A stretch of DNA of 64,000 nt from an uncultured Gemmatimonadaceae bacterium. Lineage in GTDB: Bacteria; Gemmatimonadota; Gemmatimonadetes; Gemmatimonadales; Gemmatimonadaceae. Where the stretch lies: the NCBI GenBank assembly GCA_963716745.1, contig OY970320.1, positions 2,080,001 to 2,144,000 on the forward strand, read 5' to 3'. Of the stretch, positions 20,795 to 31,347 are shown in pieces. Each line of letters opens with the position of its first letter. The first letter of the stretch is position 1. A program made the translations under genes and the position numbers. The notes under the pieces were generated by a model. The model had not been told where the DNA came from. It worked only from the letters and a program-made list of their open reading frames with translations, and did not search any database.

Positions 20795-21489
20795 ATGCAC
20801 GCTGACGCCGAGACCCACCTCAAGGAGAGCGATCCGGTACTGCGACGGATCATCGAGCAGGTGGGCCCGTGCACGCTCGAGCCGCACCGGGAATCGACGT
20901 ACTTCCAGTATCTGCTGCGCAGCATCGTCTTCCAGCAGCTCGCGGGCGCGGCGGCGCGCACGATCCACGATCGCGTGATCGCGATCTATGACGGCCGGGC
21001 GCCTGAACCCGAGGACGTGCTCAAGACGCCGCGTGCGAAAGCTGCGCGCCGCTGGGCTCTCGACGCAGAAGGCGAGCTACATTGTGGACCTCGCGCGCCG
21101 CGCCGCGAGCGGCGAGCTGCCGCTGCACACGATGGATTCGCTGACGGATGACGAGGCGATGGCGGCGCTGGTGCAGGTGAAGGGGATCGGGCCGTGGACG
21201 GCGCAAATGTTCCTGATGTTCCGGCTCGGCCGGCCCGACATCCTGCCCGATCTCGATTACGGCGTGAAGCTCGCGATGCGGGTCGCGTACCGCATGCGCA
21301 AGATGCCGAACGCGCGACGCATGCACGCGATCGGTGCCGCCTGGGCACCGCACCGCACCGTGGCCACCTGGTATCTCTGGCGCAGTCTGGATCTGCCCGG
21401 CACGCGCCCGAAGCGGAAGACGGCGAAGAAGCGGCCGAAGGCGAAGAGCGGTCCGCTCGGCGCTCGGCTCCAAGAGGCGGCGAAAGTAG
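20795..21489 (+). CDS. alkA: DNA-3-methyladenine glycosylase II (HhH-GPD); frameshifted
   Basis: SIVFQQL; VKGIGPWTAQM; D-containing HhH-GPD; probable TAG at 21487. Confidence 0.8.
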
Positions 21490-22657
21490 TGTCCGTCCCC
21501 GAGTCCCGAGTCCCGAGTCCCGCATACTTCGTCATCACCGCCCCCGGTTTAGAGGCGATCACCGCCGCCGAGATGACCGCACTGGGTCTGGAGCCCGGGG
21601 CCATCGAGCCCGGCGGCATCAGCTTCGACGGACCGGCGGGCGCGCTCTACCGCGCGAACCTCCATTCTGCGCACCGCGACGCGCGTGATCGCGCGCGTCG
21701 GTGAGTTCGAGGCGCGCCACTTCGCCGATCTCGAGCGCCATGCCAAGGCGCAGCCGTGGTCACGGTGGCTGAGCGCCGCACGCCCCGTGCGGCTGCGCGT
21801 CACGTGCAAGAAGTCGAAGCTCTACCACAGCGGCGCCGTCGCGGAGCGCATCACGACCGCGATCGCGCATGCGCTGGGCCGCGCGCCCGAGACGGCGGGC
21901 GCGAGCGCCGGCGATGATGACGACAGCGGCGATGCGCAGCTCGTGATCGTGCGGCTCCTGCACGATCATTGCACGGTGAGCATGGACAGTTCGGGCGCAC
22001 TGCTGCATCGGCGCGGGTACCGGCTCGCCACGGCGAAGGCGCCGATGCGCGAGACGCTGGCCGCGGCGCTGTTGGCGGCGAGCGGGTGGCCAGGCGACGC
22101 GCCGTTGGTTGATCCGATGTGCGGCTCAGGGACGATCGCGATCGAGGCGGCCATGCTCGCCCGGCGGATGGCGCCGGGCGCCCGCCGTGATTTCGCGTTC
22201 ATGCATTGGCCGGCGTTCGACGCGGCGCTGTGGAAGCGCATGCTCGACAAGGCGCGCGACCGCGAACTCCCGCGCGCGTCCGCTCCCATTCTCGCGTCCG
22301 ATCGCGATGCCGGAGCCATCGCGGCGGCAGAGGCCAACGCCGAGCGTGCGGGCGTTGCCAGCGACGTGCAGATCACGCGCACGGCGCTTTCGGGGATCGT
22401 GCCGCCGGCCTCGGCGCGAGGGTGGCTGATCACCAATCCGCCCTATGGCGTGCGCGTGGGCGACCGCAAGGCGCTGCGCGACCTGTACGCGCAACTCGGG
22501 AATGTCGCGCGGCGATCGTGCGCCGGTTGGACGCATCGCCCTGCTCTCGGCCAGCGTGGAGCTCGAGCGTCAGTTGCAGCTGCCGATGACCGTCGCCGTG
22601 AAGACGCGGAACGGCGGCGTACCAGTGCGGATCGTGACAGGGCAGATACCGGCCTGA
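21489..22657 (+). CDS. THUMP-domain class I SAM RNA methyltransferase (RlmL-like); frameshifted
   Basis: ITAPGLE; DSSG..LHRRGYR; DPMCGSGT; TNPPYG. Confidence 0.85.
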
Positions 22658-22690
22658 TCCCTTCCCACAACAGCCGGTCGATTTGTCCTA

Positions 22691-22719
22691 TAGACGTGCG
22701 CGACCGGTCGTTGTATGCT
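22691..22719 (+). promoter_or_regulatory. Putative sigma70-type promoter for the peptide operon
   Basis: TAGACG-N17-TATGCT with palindrome CGACCGGTCG in the spacer. Confidence 0.45.
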
Positions 22720-22765
22720 CCCTATCCCAACCGGTCAAAAGAACCCGTCCTGCCGGTCAAAAAGC

Positions 22766-22948
22766 ATGCCCTTCGTAGAAGGCACTCCTCCGAGCGAGCA
22801 GTCTCCCGCCGCATCACCGGCGTCGCCGAAGCGCGCATGGACTCCGCCGCGCTGCGAGGAATTGCCGCCGCTCACTGACCTCACCATGCAGCAGGGTTCC
22901 GGCATTCACGGCGGTGGGGGCGGAGGCGGCACGGTCTTTCCGTTCTAG
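22766..22948 (+). CDS. Putative RiPP precursor peptide (60 aa)
   Basis: KRAWTPPRCEELPPLTDLTM leader-like segment followed by QQGSGIHG7TVFPF; heads the rSAM/PqqD operon. Confidence 0.65.
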   Translation: MPFVEGTPPSEQSPAASPASPKRAWTPPRCEELPPLTDLTMQQGSGIHGGGGGGGTVFPF

Positions 22949-22978
22949 CGGGCTTCGTTCACGATCACGGCAGGCACT

Positions 22979-25814
22979 ATGACGCACGCGATCCGCCCGG
23001 CACGTCCTGCCCTGAGATTCCTGGTGCCGCTCGCCGGCGTCGCGGCGCTCTTGTACGGTTGCCAGAGATTCGTTGCCCACCGCAGCGAGCAAGCCGCCGG
23101 TGTATCTGGCGCAGGCGGTGCAGTGCACGGTGAGCGTGGCGCAGCAGAGCATGAGCTGCAGTTCGGGCGAGGCGGCGATCGCTTCGTCGCCGGCGCCGGG
23201 CGCTCGAGGCGGCGCGACGCGAGCATGGCGCGCAGCCAGGGGCGTCCGGTCAGCGAGCGCCGCGCTCGTCGGCCAGTCCGCATAAGTTCGTCACGGTCAC
23301 GTCGCAGAATTTCTTTCACGATGTGGCGGGCGACCGGGTCCTCGCCGACGTGAAGGTGCAGAACCTCACCACCGTCGCGATGGGCTCGAAGGACGGCAGC
23401 ACGTACGATGGCACCGGCGTGAACGTGTTCTTCGATCCGCCGCCCACGGCGCCGGTGACGATCGATAATCCCACCGGCACCAACGGCACGTTCCTCGTCT
23501 CGGGCACGACGTACTTCCAGTATCCGCAGCTCGTGCCCGCCAACGGAACCACCGCGCTTCAGTCGTGGGTATTCGGACTCCACGGCCAGGCGTCGTTCGA
23601 TTTCTTCGTGTATCGTGAGCGCGGCGATGCCGACGGATCCGGACACGGTCGTCATCCCGCCGCACGCATTCCCGGGCATCAGTTCCGGATTCGATCAGAT
23701 CTGCGCGATCCGCGCCGGCAGTCAGGCCTATTGCTGGGGAAACGATTCGCTCGGCCAGTTGGGCGACGGGCGCAGTTCGGACCAGTCCGGTGCCGGTCGC
23801 TGCGCTCGGCGGCCACATTTACAGCTCACTCTCCGCGGGTCCGACGCACGGCTGCGGCATTGAGCAGAGCACCCTCGCAGGATTCTGCTGGGGCTACGAC
23901 TCGCTCGGCGCGCTGGGCGATGGCGGCGCGACGACGCAGAGCGCGCCCACCGCCGTGGCCGGGCAGCTCAGTGGCTCTGCGATCGGCGCCGGCGCGAATC
24001 ACAGCTGCGCGATCGAGTCGGGAACGAACAAGGCATACTGCTGGGGCGACAACGCGCATGGTCAGGTGGGCAAGGGATCGTTGGGCGGGAACGTGACGTC
24101 GCCGACCGTCGTTGTCGGCGGGCACCTGTTCGTCACGGTCGTCTCGGGGCACGATCATTCGTGCGCGCTCACCGCCGCCGGCGCCGCATGGTGCTGGGGC
24201 GCGAACGCCAACATGCAGCTTGGCAACAACGGATTCGCCGATGCGTCGACACCGGTGGCCGTCGGCGGCGGCCATACATGGAAGCAGCTCACCGCGGGCG
24301 GAAACCATGCATGCGGCATTGACAACAGCGACGTCGCATGGTGTTGGGGTTCGGATGCGAGCGGCGAGCTCGGCGATGGGAACTTCGCCGACGAGGGACT
24401 CCCGGTCGCGGTCGACCCGACGGACCTCGGCACGGCGAAGATGATCAGCGCCGGCTCGGACTTCACGTGCGCCGTGGACAAGACGGCGAACGCGAATGGG
24501 TGGTGCTGGGGCGACGGCACTAGCGGGCAACTTGGCGACAACAGCCTTTTCGCGGTACCCAATCCGCAGCTCGTGGACGGCGGTCTCAAGTGGAACTCGA
24601 TCTCCGGCGGTGAGCGGCATACGTGCGGCATTGATAACACGTCGCATGGCTATTGCTGGGGCGCGGGCGACGCTGGTCAGATCGGCGACGGAGTGCCCGG
24701 ATCGACGCAAGCGCCGGGTACGCCCGTGAGCGGCGATACGTACACTGCGCTCGCGGCGGGCGGCGACTTCGCGTGTGGCATGAGCGTCGCGAAGCCGGGA
24801 ACCGGCTGGTGCTGGGGCAGCGCGCAGAAGAGCGCGCTTGGCAACGGGTTCCTCATGACGCAGAGCGCGCCGCTTGGCGTGCTGGGCTTCCATCAATTCA
24901 CTCAGCTCGCGACCGGTCAGAATCACAGCTGCGGGATCGATGTCACGGGCGCCGCATGGTGCTGGGGAGAGAATGACGTGCGACGAACTCGGCACCGGCG
25001 ACGAGACATCGCACAGCATCCCGGCGAAGGTCAGCGGCGGGCATCCTCTATTCGCAGATCAGCGCGATGTTCGTGAGACACCTGTGCGCGGGCCGACCGG
25101 AGCGGGCGACCAACCGACATACTGCTGGGGCAGCAACGGTTTCGGCGAGATCGGCGACGGCACGACGACGAACGCTCCATCGCCGACCGCGCCGGCTGGT
25201 CCGGTAACGACGTTCGCTGCGATCTCGGCCGGGCTGCAGCATACCTGCGCCGTCCAGACCGCCGGTGCCGTCTACTGCTGGGGCGACAATTCGAGCGGCC
25301 AGCTTGGCGACGGTACCAATACTCCGCAACTCCAACCGCAATCTCGTCCCGGGCTTCAGCGGCATCCGCGATCGGCGCCGGATTCTTGTTCACATGCGCG
25401 ACCGAGAGCGGCGGCAGGCCACCATCTCTGGTGCTGGGGCAGCAACAGCAACGGACAACTCGGGATCAACAGCTTCGGCGGTACCAGGACCTCGCCGACG
25501 GTGAGTCGGAGCGCGCGTTCATTCTCGCAGGTCACACTGGGCGCATTCCACGCGTGCGCGTTGGAGCAAGGCACCGGCGAATGCCTATTGCTGGGGATCC
25601 AACAACAAGGGACAGTTGGGCAGTCCGGAAGCTTCAATCAGCAAGACCGTACCCACGCTCGTTGCCGGTGCGGTCACGAGCTTCGTGAGGATCTCGGCGG
25701 GTCGGCAGGATCCCGACCGGATCGCCCATCACCTGCGCCTCGACCGCCGCCGGCGCCTCCTATTGCTGGGGTTCGACGTACGGGAATTCGCCCACGCTGG
25801 TCACGCCGCCATGA
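22979..25814 (+). CDS. Large RCC1/BLIP-II repeat lipoprotein; multiply frameshifted
   Basis: Lipobox LLYGC; 14 (Y/W/F)CWG repeats with GQLGDG and G..H.C motifs. Confidence 0.8.
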
Positions 25815-25846
25815 GCGCCGCCACGATCCTCGCGCGCTAGCTGCAT

Positions 25847-26844
25847 ATGCTCCTTGGCTTCGCGGTCACGCGTCACTGTAATCTTCGTTGTCCCCATTGT
25901 ATTCGGGACGACGTCGTGACGGTCGGCGAACTCAGCGCCGCGCTCATCGGCCGCATCACCGGCGAGGCGAAGGCGCTCTTCGGCGAAGTGAGAGTCAGTC
26001 TCACCGGCGGCGAACCCCTCATCCATCGCGACTTCGCCGGCATCGTCGACGGCACTGCGCGAACGCGCGGTGCCCTGGACGATCGTGACGAACGGCTGGC
26101 ACATTGCGCGCGCGCTTCCGGTGCTCGAGATCGCACCCGCCCGCCGCGGTGCGGCTCTCGCTCTCCGGCGCGAACGAAGCTGTGCATGACGCCGAGCGTG
26201 GCGACGGCTCGTTCCGCCGCGTGCTCTTGGCCGCCGCGATCCTCACGAGCCGCCGGATCCCCTTCTCGCTCGGGATCCTCATCGATCGCCGCGACCGCAG
26301 CGATCTGCGCGAGGCCGCGGATCTCGCGGAGTCGCTCGGCGCGATGAGCCTCCAGGTGCTGTTCGCGCAACCGGTGCCCGCGAGCGCCGCACGCGGCTCC
26401 GATCTCGCACCGCGCGACTGGCAGCAGGTGGTGCGCGAGGTGCGCGCATTGAGCACGGAGTCGCACCGGTGCACTGCCGTCTCGCTCGATTTCGGTGCGC
26501 CGCCCTTTCCGGGTGAAGCGCCGCTCACCTGCGACACGTTCACGCACCGCCGGATCTATGTGAATCACAACGGCGAGCTCTGTCTGTGCTGCCAGCTCTC
26601 GGAGTACGGCGAGATCCCGACCGACGTCGTCGCCGATCTGAACGCCGTGCCGCTCGCGGTCGCGTATGGCGCGTACACGCGTCAACTCGCGGAATTGCGC
26701 CGCGCCGCCGAGCCCGAAGCAGGCGATGCGCTCGCCAAGTTCCCGTGCCTTCGGTGCGCGCGGACGTCGGGCAAACTCGATTGGCTCGCGCGGTTCCCGG
26801 AGAGCCCGTGGCACGATGCCCCCGGCGTGCCCGCCCATGCGTAA
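25847..26844 (+). CDS. Radical SAM enzyme with C-terminal SPASM/twitch-like Cys region; frameshifted near 26050-26100
   Basis: CNLRCPHC, LTGGEP, D..RGDGSF, C...IYVNHNGELCLCC...CLRC. Confidence 0.88.
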
Positions 26845-27959
26845 ACTCGCGTTCGCTCTGTTGCTCCCGTTCCTGCTCGCCTCGTCGTGCGACATTCCGG
26901 GGGTCACCGACACGTCGCCGATGATCGATGTCACCGGGCGCACTGAGCGCGGGACCATAGTGGTGCTGCGCCTGCTCGTCGCCGGCTCGCCCGTCGCCGG
27001 CGCTGCATTCTCGGTCCCTCCGGACGGACACGCGTTCGTCCTGAACGAAGACAGCCTCTTCTTGATACAGCCGGGACCCCTCACGATCGATGCGCGCGGG
27101 CTTCTGGGTGGGGACAGCGTGCACGCCACACGCACGATCACGATCTCCGCGGCACCCACGATCGTGTTCGACGGTCTGGTCGCCGGGAATCGCGACATCT
27201 ACTCGGTAGGGCCTCAATGGCAGTGCGCTCGTGCGCCTCACCACCGATCCGGGCGATGATCGCATGCCCACCGCGCTCGGCGCCACGGTGTACTTCATCA
27301 GTTCGCGCAGCGGTACCGCCGAGCTGTTCACCGTTCCACTCGCAGGCGGCGCGGACGCGCCATTGGCCGCGAGCACGCTCGCGGAGAGTCAGCCGGCCGT
27401 CGCGCCGAGTGGTTCGCATCTCGCGTACGTGGGCACGGATTCGTTCCCGCACATCTATGTCGCCGGCCTCAATGGCGGTGCCGTTACTCGATTCGCGGCG
27501 GCCGACGCAGGATTCTCCGGAGCGCTGGAAGCCAGTCCCACCTGGTCGCCCGCAGGCGATCACATCGCCTACACGACCACGCGTGATGGCGCCGCCGGGA
27601 TCTATACCGGCGCGCTCAACGGCGCCGCGGGAAGCGCGACGCAGCTCGTGAGCGGCGCGCACGGGTACGCGAATGTCGACCCGGCGTGGAATCCGAACGG
27701 ACTCAGCGTCGCCTTCGCATCGAATCGTGACGGTCCAACGGATCTCTACTTGATCACCATCGCGTCGGGTACGGTGACGCGCCTGACGACGCGCGGAAAC
27801 GTGGGACAGCCCGCATGGCTCGCCGACGGCCGGCTGATGTTCACCGAATTCATCTCCGGCGCGAACGGGCTGCGCTGGCTCGACCCCGCGGACACGAGCG
27901 TGATCCACGTCATTCCCACCGGCCCGGGATCGGCCGAGCACGCGTCGGCGGTACCATGA
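26837..27959 (+). CDS. TolB-like PD40 beta-propeller lipoprotein; frameshift near 27215
   Basis: Lipobox LASSC; PTWSPAG, PAWNPNG..VAFASNRDG repeats. Confidence 0.8.
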
Positions 27960-28243
27960 GCGCGAGCCCGATACGGCCGCTCCGGCCCGCCGAGAGTGTG
28001 CTCGTCGCGCATCTCGACGGTGAATCGGTGCTGCTCGATCTCGAGAGCAAGCACTACTATCGCTTGAACGAGAGCGGCTCGGCGATCTGGCGCGCGGTTG
28101 AGTCCGGCGCGGAGCCGCACGCGATCGCCGACGCGCTGGTGTCCGCGTTCAATGTCTCGGAACCCGAGGCGCGCGCGGCCGTCGATGGGCTGCTCGCGGA
28201 TCTGAGCGAGAAAGGATTGCTCGTGCCCAAGGCCGCCGTATGA
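27956..28243 (+). CDS. Stand-alone PqqD family / RiPP recognition element
   Basis: LDGESVLLDL....YYRLNESG..IW...L...F.V....A...V..LL..L...GL; 95 aa. Confidence 0.9.
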   Translation: MSASPIRPLRPAESVLVAHLDGESVLLDLESKHYYRLNESGSAIWRAVESGAEPHAIADALVSAFNVSEPEARAAVDGLLADLSEKGLLVPKAAV

Positions 28244-29190
28244 GCCGCCTGCTCTCGGCGACACCGATCGCACTGGAGGCGGACCGCTTCACGGCATCGC
28301 TGATGCGCGAGATGCTCCCCGCTGTGCGCGAAACCGGTGGTCCAGCGATCGCGGGCCGAGTGCGCGCGCTGCGTTCGGCGGCGGACGCTCCCTCCTCGCC
28401 TGAGCGGGCGCCGACGCTGCGCGTGAGCGGCGTCGCGTTCTGGATCGATGCGCCGCCATCGAGCCGCGTCGCATTTCGAAATGTCAGCGGCTCGGTGCAT
28501 GGATCGATCGACCGCAACTCATCGCGCGCGGAGCTGCGCGTATCGCCGCGCATTGCGGATGACGAGCGCATGGATCCGGGAATCGCGTTCGGAGTGGTGG
28601 TGTCACTCCTGGCGGCGCGCTTGGGCCACGCGCTCGTGCACGCCGCCGGCGTGATCGCACCAAGCGGACGCGCCTGGTTGCTGGTTGGCGACTCCCACTC
28701 AGGAAAGTCGACGACCACTGCGACGCTCATCGCTGGCGGATGGGACTATCTCGGCGATGACTCGGTGGTCCTCTCGCTGGCGCGCGGCGACGCGCCCGGT
28801 GCGCGCGTGCATGTCGAAGGCTGGCGCGTGCCGATCCGCCTCGACCACGGCTCGACGGCCGGTGCGGCGCGCGCCGATCGCGTCGAGGTCGACCCGCACG
28901 CGCTCGGCGGCGGACGGTGGCGCGCATCGGCGCCGCTGGGCGGATTGCTCTTCCCGCGCGTGGATCGCGCGGCGCGCACCACGCTCGCGCCGATCGCGCG
29001 CGCCGATGCCTACGCCGCGCTCGTGCGTCAGAGTCCGTGGCTGCTCGCCGATCCTGTGAGTGCGCCGCGCGTGAGCGACCTGCTCTCGGCGGCGAGCGGC
29101 CATTCCGCCGCGCGCCTCACGCTGGGCGCCGATTGCTATGCGGACGCCGCGCGGATGACCGAGGTGCTCGGCGCGCTGACGGGCCTCTAG
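28240..29190 (+). CDS. HPr kinase-related P-loop protein
   Basis: VHAAGV, Walker A GDSHSGKST, YLGDD. Confidence 0.8.
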   Translation: MSRLLSATPIALEADRFTASLMREMLPAVRETGGPAIAGRVRALRSAADAPSSPERAPTLRVSGVAFWIDAPPSSRVAFRNVSGSVHGSIDRNSSRAELRVSPRIADDERMDPGIAFGVVVSLLAARLGHALVHAAGVIAPSGRAWLLVGDSHSGKSTTTATLIAGGWDYLGDDSVVLSLARGDAPGARVHVEGWRVPIRLDHGSTAGAARADRVEVDPHALGGGRWRASAPLGGLLFPRVDRAARTTLAPIARADAYAALVRQSPWLLADPVSAPRVSDLLSAASGHSAARLTLGADCYADAARMTEVLGALTGL

Positions 29191-29540
29191 TCCGGCAGAA
29201 GCATCGAGAGCACCGTGCTCACGATGCTGATCACGATCGAGCCGATCAGCGCCGGCCCGAATCCGGCGACGTGGAAGCCGAGGCCCAGCGAGCTTGAAAG
29301 CGCACTGGTGAGCATCAGCATCAGAGCGTTGATGACGAGCAGGAAGAGGCCGAGCGAGAGCACGACCACGGGCAGGCTGAGAAGGGTGAGGATGGGGCGG
29401 ACGAAGCCGTTCACGATGCCGAACACGAGCGCCACGCCGGCGAGCGCCAGCACGCTGCCGTCCGTCGAGATGCCGGTCACCCAGCGCGACGCGACCCAGA
29501 GCGCCGCCATGGTGATGAGGATACGAATGACGAGCTTCAT
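29187..29540 (-). CDS. YvlD-like 4-TM membrane protein (phage holin family 4)
   Basis: GIVNGFVRPIL..LSLP..V.SLGLF..VINA. Confidence 0.85.
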   Translation of the reverse strand: MKLVIRILITMAALWVASRWVTGISTDGSVLALAGVALVFGIVNGFVRPILTLLSLPVVVLSLGLFLLVINALMLMLTSALSSSLGLGFHVAGFGPALIGSIVISIVSTVLSMLLPD

Positions 29541-29616
29541 GTCGTGCCTCCGAGTGGTGGGCGAACGGCCGCTCTGCTAATCTGCGCGCGGCGCGGCGAT
29601 CCGGCCACTCGCGCGA

Positions 29617-31344
29617 CTACCAGAGCGTGAAGTGCTGATCGAGCGCGGCCGTGGAATTCGCGCCCGCGACGAGAATGAACCGATCGCCATGATCCACGAC
29701 CAGATCGGGCCGCGGCGCGAGCATGTGGTCGCCGCGCAACACGGTGAGGATCGACGTATCGCTGAGCGCGAGGTGCGCGGACGCGTCGCTGAATGTTTGA
29801 CCCACCAGGGCGCTCGCGGGGCGCAGACTGGCCACGACCAGGCGGCGTCCGCCCGGCAGATCCACCGGGATGCCGGCGCGCAGCTGCGACATCAACTTTC
29901 GCTGCTCCTCGGCTGAGTCGTCGCGGAATCCGCGATCCCGCAGGATCTGCAGCGCGATCTCGAGGTGATGTTCATGGTGCGCCGGAGAGTCGGCGCTGCT
30001 CTCCACCTGAGCTTCGTACATGCTGCGGAACTTCACGTGGCGCGAGAGCCTCCGCTGCACGAGATAGCTGAGGATCACGGCAAGCGTGGCCGGCACGAGC
30101 AGCGTGTATCCGCCCGTCATCTCGGTCACCATCATCATCGTCGCGATAGGCACGTGCGCGGCGCCGGCGAAGACGGCGGCCATCCCGACGACGACGAAGG
30201 GCGCCGCCGGAAGATGCGTGATCGCGGCGAATGCCCCGCCGAGCATGGCGCCCGCGAACAGCGTGGGCGCGAACACGCCGCCGGATCCGCCGGAGCCGAC
30301 GCTCAGGCTCATCGCGATCACCTTGGCGAGCACGAGCAGGGCGAGCACACCGAGCGTCAGCTGGCCGTCGATCGCCTGCTGCATCCATCCGTAGCCGCCG
30401 CCGATCACCTTCGGCACGGCCACTGCCAAGAGTCCCATGAGCAGTCCGCCGATCGCCGGCTTGAGGAAGGGCTTCACCGGCAGGCGCTGGAACCACTGAT
30501 GCGTTCCGTAGAAGATCGCGGGCGTGATGGTGGCGAGGACGCCCGCGGCGACGCCGAGCAGGATGTACCAGCCGTGCTCGAGCGTCCCGGGCACCTGGTC
30601 GGCGAGGTCGGAGAACCGGAAGAGCGGCTGCCAGCCGACGACCATCCCATTCACCGCGTACGCGACGATGGCGCCGAGCGCGGTATAGAGCAGGGCGCCG
30701 GGTTCGAACTCCATGTCGGCGTACAGGATCTCGACGGCGAGCAGCGCCGCGCCGATCGGCGAGCGGAAGATCGCGGAGAGCCCCGCCGCCATGCCGACGA
30801 GCAGCAGGATGCGCCGCTCCTCGCCGGTGCGGCCCGTGAGCGTCGCGTATACGGAGCCGACGCCGCCGGTGATGAGCGCCATCGGTCCCTCGCGTCCCGC
30901 CGACCCGCCCGAGCCGATCGTGATGGCCGACGCGATGAGCTTCACGAACGGGATCCGTGCACGCATCTCGCCGTCGGTGCGGTGGAAGGCGCGTATCACC
31001 GCGTCGGTCCCGTGGCCTTCCGCCTCGGGCGCCAGCCGCGCGGCGAGCACGCCGACGATGAGGCCGCCAAGGGCCGTCGAGACCGGAACCAGCCAGAGTC
31101 CGTGCGGGCCGATGATCTCGACCGGCGACCCGCCTTCGTTCGGCAGGCCCGGCGGGTGGTAGCCGGCGATCCCCCAGAGCATCAGCCGGTCCATCAGGCG
31201 GAGGAACGCCGTGAACATCTGCGCAAAAACCGCGCCGGCGACGCCCAGCGCGATCGTGTCGATCAGCAGGCGCCGCGCGCGCGCATCCACGGAGCGGCCG
31301 GGTGCCACGAAGAGCGCGTCGCGCGAGAGGGCGGGGAGGCGCAC
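29617..31344 (-). CDS. ClC chloride channel/antiporter with C-terminal TrkA-C-like domain
   Basis: GHGTD, GSAGREGP, GGVFAP. Confidence 0.9.
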   Translation of the reverse strand: MRLPALSRDALFVAPGRSVDARARRLLIDTIALGVAGAVFAQMFTAFLRLMDRLMLWGIAGYHPPGLPNEGGSPVEIIGPHGLWLVPVSTALGGLIVGVLAARLAPEAEGHGTDAVIRAFHRTDGEMRARIPFVKLIASAITIGSGGSAGREGPMALITGGVGSVYATLTGRTGEERRILLLVGMAAGLSAIFRSPIGAALLAVEILYADMEFEPGALLYTALGAIVAYAVNGMVVGWQPLFRFSDLADQVPGTLEHGWYILLGVAAGVLATITPAIFYGTHQWFQRLPVKPFLKPAIGGLLMGLLAVAVPKVIGGGYGWMQQAIDGQLTLGVLALLVLAKVIAMSLSVGSGGSGGVFAPTLFAGAMLGGAFAAITHLPAAPFVVVGMAAVFAGAAHVPIATMMMVTEMTGGYTLLVPATLAVILSYLVQRRLSRHVKFRSMYEAQVESSADSPAHHEHHLEIALQILRDRGFRDDSAEEQRKLMSQLRAGIPVDLPGGRRLVVASLRPASALVGQTFSDASAHLALSDTSILTVLRGDHMLAPRPDLVVDHGDRFILVAGANSTAALDQHFTLW

Positions 31345-31347
31345 GGG

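Noticed and set aside
20988..21704. Apparent AlkA-THUMP methyltransferase fusion
   Set aside because: A TAGTG stop/start overlap at 21487-21491 plus frequent indels explains it as two genes.
25847..28243. PQQ biosynthesis or canonical lasso cluster
   Set aside because: No pqqB/C and no ExxxY precursor; no lasso cyclase or B2 peptidase, and the core lacks Asp/Glu.
29187..29540. Prophage suggested by holin-family gene
   Set aside because: YvlD-like genes are common chromosomal genes; no other phage genes nearby.
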